A stretch of DNA of 64,000 nt from Glaucostegus cemiculus (lineage: Eukaryota). The notes under the pieces are model-generated. The model did not search any database, was not told the DNA's origin, and saw only the letters and a list, made by a program, of their open reading frames with translations. The stretch covers positions 930,001 to 994,000 of the forward strand of contig CDPCPM010000182.1 in NCBI GenBank assembly GCA_976551045.1, written 5' to 3'. Below are positions 26,303 through 38,480 of this stretch, piece by piece; the stretch's first letter is position 1, and each line of letters opens with the position of its first letter. The position numbers and the translations under genes were made by a program.

Positions 26303-29279
26303 GTACTGTACCCGCTGTGCTTCTATCACACCGCCACAATTAGTGGTCCCATCCTGTGCCAGTACGGCTGAGGTGATTTTAATATCGTCAGAACCATAGG
26401 AACAGATTATGGTATTCAGCCCCTAGATCCTATGTTAGCATTTGAAGCGGTGGCTGATCTGAACCACGCCCCATTCCACCTACTTCATTTCTACTTTATA
26501 GCCTTAACTAGCTAAACTTTATCTTTTGTAGATTCCAAATTATTAATAGAGCTAGCATCTTGATTTTGTGCGAGGCATTTTTATGTTTCTGTAGTTTCTT
26601 GCATGAAGGAGCATCTCTTGAATGATGTGCCCAGATTTTTAATTCTGTCCCTTGTCCTGAACTAGTGGGCAAGTTTTCTGTATATGCAACCTACCAACAT
26701 AAAGGCATTCAATCAGATCATCCTTTAGGCTAGTCTTCCCTAGAAGATAGGTTAATTTATGTGATCTCTCTTCTAAATCTAAACTTTAGTGCTCTGATAA
26801 CATTCCTCTAAATCTTACTGCATTTCTAAAGTTTTTCCAATGTGGGCTGAGCAGGAATTTGAATTGCTGTAGTGAGATTTTTTTTTCCTTTATATTCTGT
26901 TCCTCCAAAGGCCAGCTGATCTTTGGCTATTTCCATTCTTCTTGTGCCTGATCACTACAGTTAGGTGAACTTGTATATATGGATCTTTGAATCACCACTG
27001 TTTCTAGCATTTCAGAATTTAAAATTATACCTCTGTCCATTTGTTTTATCCAAAATTGACTGTTCTAATGGATTACCACATCTACTGCTGCTCCATCTTG
27101 TGAGTGATGTTGCACCACTGTGGAGTTTTGTTCTTCCATACAAATAAGCTCGGTTGGTTTGAATGTCAGATCTATGGTGATGTGGAGCTGTTCTTTGTAT
27201 ACACTCTTGCATGAGGTTGGCACAAGTGTTAATGGTTTTACTGAGAAATTTTGCTTACAAAATATGTGTGCACATTTGGCATCCTATTTCTGCAACACCT
27301 GGGCATGCGGGAGAGCCTGGTTTTGGAGATGGTTCTCTTTCAGTCCTTGCATACTGTATCCATCTTGTTGGGACATGGGAGAAATATTAGAATATATCTG
27401 TTTCAACAATTTGTCTTGGAAACCATCAAAATGGTCATGGTCCTGAAATTGGGCATGAAGAGCTATTTTGGCATCCAAGTACACCTTGGACTGAAATATA
27501 TGTGCATTGTTTCTACTAGTTTTAAGAGTTATCTGAATTCTTCACTTGTTTGTTTCCAGTTCCCTTTGCATCCTTTTTCACCACCTCCTCCGTCCTCCCA
27601 ATTCGCCTTCACTGCTGGGTTAACAATCATTTATGACTAATGAATTTATCATTTATCATACATTTATGTAGGTAGTACTGGAATTGCATCTAATCCTACT
27701 CTCCATTGTCTAAAGATTTTTGGATGCAGACAATAATCTCACTGCTTTTCACCCTCCCTTGCTCACCTACCTTTTAGAGTCTGTGGCACATTAAGAACAT
27801 ATTTAGGATTTGTATCTCCACCAGCTCAACATTTACCATCAGGACTTTGACATGTTAGTCTGCTACTACAGCTGATTCATTTCCCACTTCCTCCTCCTGA
27901 TCTTCCCCCTCCTGCCCCAGCACCACAAGAAAAATCATAAGTGAATACATTTCCCAGTAAGTGCAAGGTCTAATTTTGCACAACCCACATCAGAGTTTAA
28001 TCTTGACAAGCTGATTTTTAAGTTAGTTGCTCAGCTGAACCATTACTGAATGACCTTTTTAAAGAAAATTTCTAAGCATAAAGATGTTGCTTTTTTTCTT
28101 CAACATGGAGGTCTCTTCTAAATATGACACTGCAGCCTTCCTGCAACTTGAGCATGGTCTTTTCCAGACCTTGAGCACAGTCTTGCTGTTCCCATCACCC
28201 AGTGGCTTGATAATAAACTGCTTCCATTTCCTTTTTGTGTGGCCGTGAACTCGCATGTTATTTCTTTTGTGAGTGTCAGCTGCAGCTTCCTGTGCAGAGC
28301 CTCTGCATTCTTTCTGGGAAAGATTAAATAACTTTTGATGCTATTTAGAACCCACCCTTCCTTCCTAAAATGTATCTGATGCCATCAGAGTTTCTCCTCC
28401 TGAATGGTATCCAAAGGCTACCATGAAATAGAAGGGTTTTCTGTTTGTTCAGATTGAAACAGCAGTTTTAGCTGGCTAATCCTTCAGCATCAGTGTCCTC
28501 ATCAGTATTTTTTTTTGAGGGCCATTCTGGACTGCTATAACTTGCAGTACTGTGGACTGGTGGAATACAAGATTGAAATTCTGTGTTTCTTTTAATGATG
28601 AATCAAATTATTTCAGTTAGACTGATGTGGACAGTCAGGTGAGGAATTATTGTTCAAGTTCAATTTAAGTAAAGGTTTCTCCTTGTGTAGAAGCTGGAAT
28701 AATCCATGCATCTTTTGTTTTTGCTGGAGTGTCAGGAGATAGTTTTAACTTTCAATTTGACACGCCATTCACAGCCAGTCTGGTCGTGAATGGGTGAGCA
28801 GCGATTTTACTGATGCCATTAGTGAGGATGAGGTGAGCCTTCTGCAACCCTGGGCTGCTGAACTTGGGGAGCAGTCTTTGTGTTCTGCTGGATCCATCAT
28901 ATCAAAGGGTGGTAGAAACACAAGTGCTGGACTGACCCCAAGGCCAGCATGATGTGGGACTTCTGCAGTGAGGTTTAAGGCCAATTGGCTAGACAATTTT
29001 CTGTGATTTAATGAAGGTATTCTCACCCCAACCCCCTCGAATTTAGGGGACATCCTAGCTGTGCAGTGTAGGTTTTTAAGTGTTATCAGTGAGTTACACC
29101 GAACCAGAATTATTGTCGAGTTCTTGATTCAATCACAGTGCTTTTTTTATGCTGTCAAAACAATTGTTTAATCACATTTTCTAACCTGTGATCCAGTTAT
29201 TTTTGCTTGATTTGGAATCAGTTATTTTATTGAGAATTCTAAAAACAGCAATAGATAAATGTAATTGAGTTGTATGTCA

Positions 29280-30420
29280 TAGAAGCAGGCCCTTCGGCCC
29301 ACCACCTCTGCCGGCCATCAGGCCCACCTACTAATCCCACTTGCCTGCATTAATTCCATATCCCTCTGTGCTCTGCTCATTCAAGTACCTGTCAAGATGC
29401 CTCTTAAATATTGTTACTGTTCCTGCTTCCACCACCACCTCTGGCAGCTCATTCCAGATACCAACTACTGTGTGGAAAAATTTACCCCTCAGATCACCTT
29501 TTAAACCTCCTCTCGCCAACTTTAAACCTATGCCCTCTAGTTTTAAACACCCAGTGTGTTTAATTATGAGAAGTATAGATAACCAGTGTCTGGAAACGGA
29601 CACTGGTTTCCTACAGTTCTCATAACTTTATACACCTCTATTGTGATGCCTCGATTGCTCCAGGGGAAAACTGACCTAGCCCATCATACTCTCTTGATAA
29701 CTCAAGCTTTCCAATCCAGGCAACATCCTCTTGAATCTTCTCTGCACCCTCTCTAACTTAGTCACGTCTTGACAGTGCAGCAACACAATACCCTGTGCAG
29801 CCTAACATACCCTGTGCAGCCTAACCAATGTTTTGTAAGGCTGTAACATGATATCCCAACTCTTGTACTCAATGCCTCAGCTAACGAAGGCAAGCAATGC
29901 ACCTTCCTTACCACCCTGTCTACCTGTTCCAATTTTCAAGAAACTGTGCTTGTACCCCATCTCTCTCTGTTTGACAATACTCCCCATTCATTGTGTATGT
30001 CCTGCCTGGTTTAGCTTTCCAGAAGGAATCAGTTTGGACTTGTCTGAGTTAAATTCCACCTGCCATTCCCTTACCCACTTTCCCCAGTTTGTCTACATCC
30101 TGCTATAACTTCAGACAACTTTCTTTGTCCACTATACCAACAATTACAGTGTCATCTGCAAATTTACTAATCATCTGCATTCTCATCCTACTTGTTTTTA
30201 AACCACAGGGGACCCAGCACTCAGATCCCTGCAGCACATCACTGGTCACAAGCCTCACAATCAGCTTCTAATTCCTAACAATCAGCTTTTAATTCCTACC
30301 ATCAAGCCAATATTGTATCCAGTTGGCGAGCTCATCCTGGATCTCTTGTGTTTTAACATTTCAGACTAGCCTACCATGCAGGATCTTGTCAAAGGTCTTG
30401 CTACAGTTCATGTCGATGAA
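29280..30420 (-). mobile_element. CR1-clade LINE 3' fragment
   Basis: ORF 29331..29603 FFHTVVGIWNELPEVVVEAGTVTIFKRHLDRYL; gtcatctgcaaattt on + reads KFADD on -; contains 19-nt (29788-29825) and 21-nt tandem duplications. Confidence 0.85.
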
Positions 30421-31270
30421 GAATACAAGGTGTAGCATTACTTAATAGAAGATTTGAATAGTTTATTTGTGAAAAATATGTCTGCTTGTTTTATTTTAAT
30501 TTTTTTTAACTGAAGCAAGTTTGGTTTATTTATAAACTCATTTTCATTCGGCATGTTCCCTTTGAGTGGGTCTGCACCTTATCAAACCACGAAAAGGAAA
30601 TGAGTGTAATTCTTCCAGTTGCTTAGAGTATAGTCGATCCCTCCACTAGGTTTAATTAAAAGTCTTTGCTTGATTATTAATCCCATCTGGATTTTGGGTT
30701 AGTTTCCCATTGGCCTTGGGAGCCACTGCATAAGGGAGATACAACATTGACAAGTATTCCCATTCTGTATCACTATCCAGTGGCCTCCTAATGTAAAGGT
30801 GGTTTTCAGCAGATCAGGTTTGTGATGCTCCTGGCTGTTGCAGCAATAACTTAACACTTGCTATTCTTGGATTACACACAAGATGACCACTTAGATCCAT
30901 ACATTGAGGGGCTCGGGGTCGGTTGGGGGGAGGGGTGAAATTCATGCTTAAGGAGAGGGGGAGAAAAAGAGCACAGGAGTATTTTATCACTTCAATATAC
31001 AGTAAGTTATTTCATCAAACTTAGCCATTACAATTTCTTCATGATGCTTCAAATGTGCAAATTCCAGTGCTATTTTTGGAAAGCTGCCATTAAAGGAAAT
31101 GTGCAATTATTCATCCTTTGCAGCCATCCCTACTGTGGCCCCACACACTCTCCCTCGTCTCTCCTTCCTTCATTAACCAACTGGCCCATGGATATCCATT
31201 AATTGTGTGCGGAGCGGAGGCAGGTTTTGTGAAACTGGATGCAGTTTAGTAATCCTGCAATTGTTTTTAG

Positions 31271-31337
31271 CCCCCAGGTGGTGTTCCCGGTGCGCAGCCA
31301 TTGCTACCAAACACATTGGATCCCACACGGCAGCAAG
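31271..31337 (+). CDS. SSBP3: SSBP3 exon 8 (PPGGVPGAQPLLPNTLDPTRQQ-G)
   Basis: gtttttag|CCC...CAAG|gtgagg; 67 nt. Confidence 0.95.
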
Positions 31338-31422
31338 GTGAGGTGTTTTTTCCAACTCAGTTTAGGAGTCAAAAAGATTTCTGTGGTGTTCACTTCATGA
31401 AGTTTCTTCTCCCTTATTATAG

Positions 31423-31496
31423 GACACCCTGGTATGGGTGGACCAATGCAGAGAATGAATCCTCCTCCACGAGGGATGGGTCCAATGGGACAGCAG
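31423..31496 (+). CDS. SSBP3: SSBP3 exon 9 (G-HPGMGGPMQRMNPPPRGMGPMGQQ)
   Basis: ttattatag|GA...CAGCAG|gtaagc; 74 nt; preceded by an 85-nt intron. Confidence 0.94.
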
Positions 31497-32480
31497 GTAA
31501 GCAGTACAGGAACTGCATTCTTTCAATTTCCACGCTTGCAGGTGGGAATTACATTTTAGTAGAATCCTGTAATTTTAATTGCCCACCAGTTATCAACAAG
31601 CCCTGACATGGCTGATTGGCTTCCTCCTTCCTCTATGATGAGTCTTGTATTTTATTCATTTAGGTTGTGCAGATCAGTTGAAACTGAGCCCTTGTTTTTA
31701 TTTAGTGGAATTAGTATTTGGAATTCTCTAATGGCTACTGAGTAAGTCTATCAAATGTGCCATAAGATCCCAGTTTAACCTTAGTTATCCTATCTGGATT
31801 TGGATACCGTGGTTGTTCACAGTAGCTCTGATCTAGAAAGGGAAGAAATGTCAATCAGAGTAAAATCCTCTCTCAGCCCTGGTTCATTGGTTGTTATTTT
31901 CGCTTCTAAGTCAGAAGGTTATGGGTTCAAACACAGTCCTAAAAGTTTAAGCATTTGGGCAGAATTTTCAGCATATTATTGATGTAGTGCAGCACTGTCA
32001 GAGGTGCAGTTCTTAATATTGTGCTAAACTGTAGGATTTGAAGAGGAATTTCTGTGTTGAGCATAGGCATGCTCAGCATCAACTCTCAACATTGGTTGAT
32101 TTTTCCAATTACCCATTCAGTTTTCATCAAATGTTTAAGGGCAATTCACCTATCTAGTAAGGGGGAAAAAATGGAAATCTGTTGGGATGATTGTGAACTT
32201 AAGGGGTTGAATTTTTATCTGCTGATATGTGATTGAATTTGGGTGGGTGTCATATGATGAAAGTAATTGTCTCCATTGGACTACATGATCCATTTGGGTT
32301 TGAAATTGCCCTTTAAATTGGGACAGAGAGTCTATTTGATGTCAGTGGCATTGTTTTCTTTTGGCACAAGTATTGGGAATATGCATGATAACTTATTAAC
32401 TAACTTTTTTTTCTTCCCTTCCCTGCCCTTCACTGGTTTCCTTCTCGTTATGGTAGTCTGATCCTTGGTTATCGTTGCAG

Positions 32481-32545
32481 AACTATGGCGGTTCAATGAG
32501 ACCTCCACCCAATTCAATAGGTCCAGGCATGGCTGGAATGAACAT
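32481..32545 (+). CDS. SSBP3: SSBP3 exon 10 (NYGGSMRPPPNSIGPGMAGMN-M)
   Basis: cgttgcag|AAC...AACAT|gtaagt; 65 nt. Confidence 0.95.
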
Positions 32546-32779
32546 GTAAGTCTCTTGTGTTCAGTCAAATTATTGTTAAAAGTGGAGATGGTCAGTTTTG
32601 AACTTCCAATGTATTGTTGATTAGTTTACAAGGTATTTCCTTTACTTGCATGATTTCAAACTAGTGAGGAACGTGTGCATTTTTTACTCTTTTGACTATT
32701 TATTTGATATTTTCTATATTTATATACCATATATATACTATATAATATATACTTATATACAGTATATATATTTTGTAAT

Positions 32780-32947
32780 NNNNNNNNNNNNNNNNNNNNN
32801 NNNNNNNNNNNNNNNNNNNNNNNNNNNNNNNNNNNNNNNNNNNNNNNNNNNNNNNNNNNNNNNNNNNNNNNNNNNNNNNNNNNNNNNNNNNNNNNNNNNN
32901 NNNNNNNNNNNNNNNNNNNNNNNNNNNNNNNNNNNNNNNNNNNNNNN
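32780..32947. other. Assembly gap (168 N) in AT-rich sequence, SSBP3 intron 10
   Basis: Run of N flanked by (TA)-rich sequence. Confidence 0.99.
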
Positions 32948-33224
32948 TTTTATATATATAAAAATCAAATAAATAGTCAAAAGAGTAAAAAAGATGTGTG
33001 TATATATATTTTTTATTATATGTTTTATGTGATCATGGCTTTTATTTATATAAAAAAAGTTCAAATTTGAACTTTGAACTTTTTTTTTTACCATGGGTGA
33101 CTTCAGTTGTGCTGAATAAGTTAAAGATAATTGAAGGTTTAGTGAAGACTGGTTGAGACTTGGTGTGAAAATGAACCAAGAGTTAGTGCAACAGGAAAAT
33201 AACTGTTTACACTTTTCTTTTCAG

Positions 33225-33273
33225 GGGTCCAGGGGCTGGGCGACCATGGCCTAATCCTTCCAACGCTAACTCA
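33225..33273 (+). CDS. SSBP3: SSBP3 exon 11 (M-GPGAGRPWPNPSNANS)
   Basis: ttttcttttcag|G...AACTCA|gtgagt; 49 nt. Confidence 0.95.
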
Positions 33274-34304
33274 GTGAGTAATACTGCCTTTCGCTTGCTG
33301 TTGCATATACGAATAACACTGAATAATAATGAGACATTTTGCTCAACAGATCTGTGCCAATGTTTATGTCCCACACAGTTCTTTGTGTCCTCCCCATCTC
33401 TTGTTAATATAACATTCTATTCCTTCATTTATCATAAATACTTCTAGTTGCTGCAACTCTGAAAGAATAGAGCAGGAAGCCCCTCAGGCTGCCCCCACAA
33501 TTCAGTATGATCGCAGCTTTTCTGCCCAAGCCTTATCTCCTCTTCTGTGCCAGTTCCCCATAGCCTTGATCTTTCAAAAATATATCTACTCTTTAAATAT
33601 CCCTTGTGATCTAGCCTTCACAACTTGCTAGGTGGAGAATGCCAGAGATTAACCATCCCGTGCAAGAAGAAGCAGGTTTCAAATTCAACTGCTTTAAAAG
33701 GTACAGGTGCGTTCCTGAATTCTTCCTCGGATTTTGGGGTGCTCCCAGCTTTGACGTCCTCAAGTGGGAATAACATGAAGTCTACCATATCAAACACTTC
33801 TGTACTCTTCAAGTTCTTCATCAGATCACCATGTAAACTGTTTTGCTTCTATTTAGTATCATTTCATATGGAGCATCTGTTTTCTTAGTTGTAAATGTTT
33901 AATTACTATTATAATAGAATTATATAAAATTGAAAACTTAGAAGGAGGCCATTTGGCCCATTGTGTTTGTGCCAGCTGATAAAGAGCAACCCAGCCTAAT
34001 CCCACCTTCCAGCACTTGTTCAGTAGTCTTGCAAATTATGACTCTTCAAATATACATACAAATTCTGTTTAAATGTAGTTAGGTTTTCTGACATGACCAT
34101 CCTTTCAGCCTGTAAATGTTAGAATACTATCACCCTCAAAGAAAAAATGGATTGGTGAAAAGTATGAAAACAGCAGGATACGTTATAGATGCATTTTAAA
34201 AAAAGAAGACTAGCAGGGGCATGAATAGGCCTATAACGTAAAAGCAAGAGAATTTCTAATGGGGAATAAGGAAATGGGTGAGGAATTAAATAATTACTTC
34301 AAGA

Positions 34305-34560
34305 CAAAAGAGACTGCAGATTTTGGAATCTGGAGCAGAAAACAAACTGCTGGAGGAAGTTAGTGGGATCTGGGAAGGAGGGAGAGAGGAATTGTCAACG
34401 TTTTGGGTTGACACCCAGCATCAGGTCCTGTTGCATGATGTTGACCCAAAAAGTTGACTTCCTCTCACCCTGCCCGCTCCCGCACCCCCCCCCCCCCCCC
34501 CCAACCCCCAACAGAAGTTGCCCAACCTGAGTTCTCCGGCAATTTTTTTTTGCTTCAGTT
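34305..34560. mobile_element. Penelope-derived fold-back element
   Basis: gactgcagattttggaatctggagcag...gtcaacgttttgggttga / ttgacccaaaagttgac...ctgagttctccggcaattttttt, imperfect inverted arms. Confidence 0.6.
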
Positions 34561-34664
34561 ACTTTTCTTCCATGAAGACACACAGACACAAAACCTGCCT
34601 GGTGTATTAGTGATCAAGAGTCTACTGAGAGTGAAGGAACTCTGTGCTGGTCAAAACAAAAGCA

Positions 34665-35682
34665 CAGACAATCCCTAGGTTACGTTGGGGTTCCATTCCT
34701 GAGAATTGTCCATAAGCCAATTTCTCCATAAGTCAGAAACTGTCCATTTTTTTTTTTATAGCAACCCACTCTACATGCACTTGATATAATTTCATTTTAA
34801 TGAATAATCACCCTAACACTACCCATAATTAAACTAATAAAATATGAGAGTGAGTGTTTTGCTGAGCATCTGTATTCCATCCACCATGGCCACCTAGAGC
34901 TCCTGGTTGGAAGTTATTTTAATTCACCTCCCAATTACCACACCAACCTGTCTGCCACCTCCACTGCCAGGATGAGGCCAATCGCAAACTAGAAGAACAG
35001 CACCCCGTGTTCCACCTGGGTATTCTACAACCCAAAGGTATGAGCATTGAATTCTCCTGTTTCAGGTGACTTACTCTCCCTCTGTCCCCCTCTTTTTTTT
35101 CTCTCCTCATGATTTACCCAGTTCCTCCTCCACACACTCACACCCCCTCCAGTCCCAATCATTTATTTTCCCTCCACCATTTTTCCATCTGCCCATCACC
35201 CACACACTCCAAACACTGGGTGGACTCCCCCCCACTGCTCCCATCTGCCCATCCCACCACTCTTAATTAGTTCCATGCTCCACCTTCCTCTCCTATCAAG
35301 TTCCATTATCTGCAGCCCTTTGTTACCTCTCGCCTCCCAGCCTCTCTTGCTTTTTTCACTCTTCCATCTATCACCCCATCTTGCCAGCTCTTGTGCCACC
35401 CATTCCTTTCACCTCTTTACACTTGCTATCTCCCCTCTGCTCTTTCAGTCCAGATGAAGGGTCTGCCCCCCCCACCAAAAATGTCAACTGTCCCTTTCCC
35501 TCCTAAAATGCTGCCTGACCTGATTTCCTCCAGCATCTTGTTTTTTGATCCAGATTCCAGCATCTGTAGTCTCTTGTGCCTCCAGAATGCTTTAAAAAAA
35601 ATATATATATATATATATGGGAAAACTTGGGTAAAGTAGGATTTCTGTAAGTCAGGTGATTTCATGACCTGGGGAGCCCCTG
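34665..35682. mobile_element. Tc1/mariner (Tigger/pogo-like) non-autonomous element with internal Penelope fragment
   Basis: Degenerate TIRs cagacaatccctaggttacg / catgacctggggagcccctg (13/20 match), TA on the right flank; CR1 sequence resumes on both sides. Confidence 0.55.
34858..35585 (+). mobile_element. Penelope-like retroelement 3' fragment (C-terminus of GIY-YIG endonuclease region plus pyrimidine-rich tail)
   Basis: Degenerate FAEHL...FNSP...EANRKLEEQH.VFHLG.LQPKGMSIEFS motif typical of vertebrate Penelope elements. Confidence 0.75.
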
Positions 35683-36580
35683 TACTACAGAAGTTGATAA
35701 ACTTAAGTTGATAAATCCTGAGGACCCAATGGCTTGCAGCCCTGAGTTTTGAATGAGGTGACTTTAGAAATGGTGGATGTTCTGGTTATCTTATTGCCAA
35801 GATCTATAGATTGTGGAATTGTTCCAGTGGATTGGAGGATAGGAAGTGTGACCTCCGTATTTAAGAAAGGACAAAGCATGAAAACAGGGAACTTTACCAA
35901 CCTGTTAGCCTGATATCAACAGTAAGGAGGATGCTGACATCTATAATGGATGTAATAACAGAACACCTCAAAGGATAACAGGACTGAGTAGATCCAACAT
36001 GGATTTATGAAAGTAAAAGTGCATTTGATTTAATCTGAAGTTCTTTGAGGATGTGACTAATGGAATAGATAAGGGGGAGCTGGTGGATGTGGGGTCTTTG
36101 GATTTTCATAAGGTATTCAGTAAAGTCCTGCACGGGAGATTGGAATTAGCAGTAATATAAGGATATGGTTGGATTGGACTGAAAGCAAAGAGTGGATTAT
36201 TCTTGGGTTGGCAGGCTGACTGGAGGGGAATAGTAGTGATGGATGCATTAGCCCCAACTTTTCATAATTTATCTCAAAGATTTGGCTTGAGGGAACTGAT
36301 TGTCATATTTCCAAGTTTGCTAATGATACTAACCTAAGTACAGAGGAGGATCTAGGAGCTTCAAAGGGATATAGACAAGCTGAGTGAGTCGTTGAGGACA
36401 GATGGGACGTAATGTAGATAAATGCAAGGTTATCCACATTGATGCACAAAACAAAAGCAGAGTAATCGTTAAATGGTGAAAGATTGGGCAGTGTTCAAAG
36501 GAATGAACGTGTGTTTGTAAGGGCCATCTTGGGGATATACCAAGTGATTAAGAAGGCAAATGGTACGTTTTTCTTTATTG

Positions 36581-36788
36581 CACGTCCTCCCCAGGTTACG
36601 AACGCCTAACTCATGTTCAGCCCTTGTATGCGAATGACGGTTTGGGAGACAGCTGGGACAGATTTGCCAGTTGCTGCAGGGTGGCAGACATCTGAATGGG
36701 AACTCTGACCACATTTCCGACCTGCTAACCGTCCAGATTACCAACGGTTCACAGGAACTGAACCCTGTCATAACCTGGGGAGGACCTG
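36581..36788. mobile_element. 208-bp Tigger/pogo-like MITE
   Basis: TIRs cacgtcctccccaggttacg / cataacctggggaggacctg (18/20 match), followed by TA; splits a CR1 fragment. Confidence 0.8.
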
Positions 36789-37254
36789 TACAAGAAAATT
36801 TGAATGGAGTCTTACTGCAGTTGTATAGGGCCTTAATGAGACTGCACCTGGAGTATTGTGCAGTTTTGATCTCAATACTGCAGAAAGGATGTACTTGCTG
36901 TAGAGAGAGATCAGTAAAGTTTTACTAGATTAGCTCCAGGGATGGTGAATTTGCTGTATGAAGAGAGGCTTGGGTAGACTGTTTGTATTCTCTAGAGACC
37001 ATCCTCTAGAACTCAGAAGAATGAGGGTTCTTGTTTAAAAGTTTAGAAAATAGTTAAAAGGGCTTGACAGATTGAGGACAGGCAGGATGTTTTGTCTGAC
37101 TGGGGTGTGTAGAACCAGAGGATAGAACTTGAGAATAATGGGCAGGCAGTTTAGGACTAATAACAAGAGAAACCTTTTGACTCAGGGTAGTGAACTTTTG
37201 GAATTCCTTGTATAGAAGAGATGTAGAGACCAAGTCATTGATTTCATTCCAACA

Positions 37255-37580
37255 GAAGAGACACAAGTGCAGCTAGCAAAGCTGCTGCCTCATGGCTCCA
37301 CCAACCTAGGGTTAAACCCTGCCCTCCAGTGCTATCTGTGTGGAACATGTGTGTCTCCCTGTGACTGCATGGGCTTCCTCCAGGTGCCTTGGCTTTCTCC
37401 CACATCTCAAAGGGTTGTTGGTTACCTGGCCACTGTAAATTCTCCTGATGTATAGGTGAGTGGTCTTGTCTAGGGAGAGCTGATAGGAATATGGGAAGAA
37501 CAAAATAGTTTAGAGTAGAATGAGTGTGGACCCTGTGGATTAAAGGGCTTCTCTTCATGCTGAGTATTTCTATGACTTCA
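37255..37580 (+). mobile_element. HE1-like SINE inserted in the CR1 tail
   Basis: gctgctgcctcatggctcc...gtctccctgtgactgcatgggcttcctccaggtgc...tcccacatctcaaag. Confidence 0.7.
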
Positions 37581-37699
37581 CATTGTTCCAAGTTGATAGA
37601 TTGGATATTAATGGATTCAAGGATATGGGAATAGTGCAGGAAAATCAGCGATGGTGAATGGCAAAGCACCTGCAAATGGCCAACTCCTATTTCTTGTGT

Positions 37700-38480
37700 T
37701 CATACAGTTCTGGTATTGCCTCCTTGCCCTTGTACTCCATGCCTCGGCTAATAAAGGAAAGTAGTCTGAATGCCATTATAACCCACATTATTACACTATC
37801 TGTGGATATATACTTAAATCCCTCTGTTCCTCCATACCACTTGATATCCTTCCATTTCTTCACTTGTTGCACCTCTCCACATGAATAATTTTGCACTACT
37901 CTGAATTAAATTCCATTTGCCATTTTCCTGCTCAATATCTTCCTGCAGTCAAAGTGTTCAACCACACAGTGCATCTTGTATCATCTGTAAACTACTTGAT
38001 CATGGTTCTGACATTTACATCTAAATTATTAATAAAATACAAACAGCAAGAAACTAAGTACTGAGCTATATAGAACCTCAGTGTGTAGTACACCTAATCA
38101 AAAAGGCACCCATCAATGGGCATGCTATGTTGGCTTCGGAAGCGTGTGGACACTTGCGGGCTGCCCTCAGAACATTCTACACAAAAGATGCATTTCACTG
38201 TGTGTTTCATTGTACATGTGACTAATAAAGATATCTTTTATCTTATCTGCTTTCTGGTGCTAAGCTTATTTTGGGTCCAATTTTCCCACTCTCCCTTGAA
38301 TCCCATTACTTCTCTGACCAATATGCTATGTGGCACCTGTCAAAAGCTCTGCTAAAATCCATGCATACTCCCTCAAATGCACTGCCCATTTCAATCCTCC
38401 TTGTTCCATGCTCAGAAAAAAATTCAACCAAGTAGTCATGCGTAACCTTTCCCTAAACCCATGCTGAATGTCCCTAAACT
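37700..38480 (-). mobile_element. Decayed CR1 fragment with a short LINE-tail insertion (~38125-38250)
   Basis: ORF 37687..37896 LSFISRGMEYKGKEAIPELY is CR1-like; the insert ends gtacatgtgactaataaagatatctt. Confidence 0.6.

Larger units (their letters stand above)
34140..37690 (+). mobile_element. Decayed CR1-clade LINE ORF2 interrupted by several insertions
   Basis: Degenerate VDKS.GP.GL.P (~35705), FEDVTNGIDKGELVDV..LDFHKVFSKV (~36045), ISKFANDT (~36307) and LYRALMRLHLEYC (~36825), in correct order. Confidence 0.85.

Noticed and set aside
29788-30297. 19-nt and 21-nt direct repeats
   Set aside because: Simple two-copy tandem duplications inside a dead LINE; no spacers, not an array.
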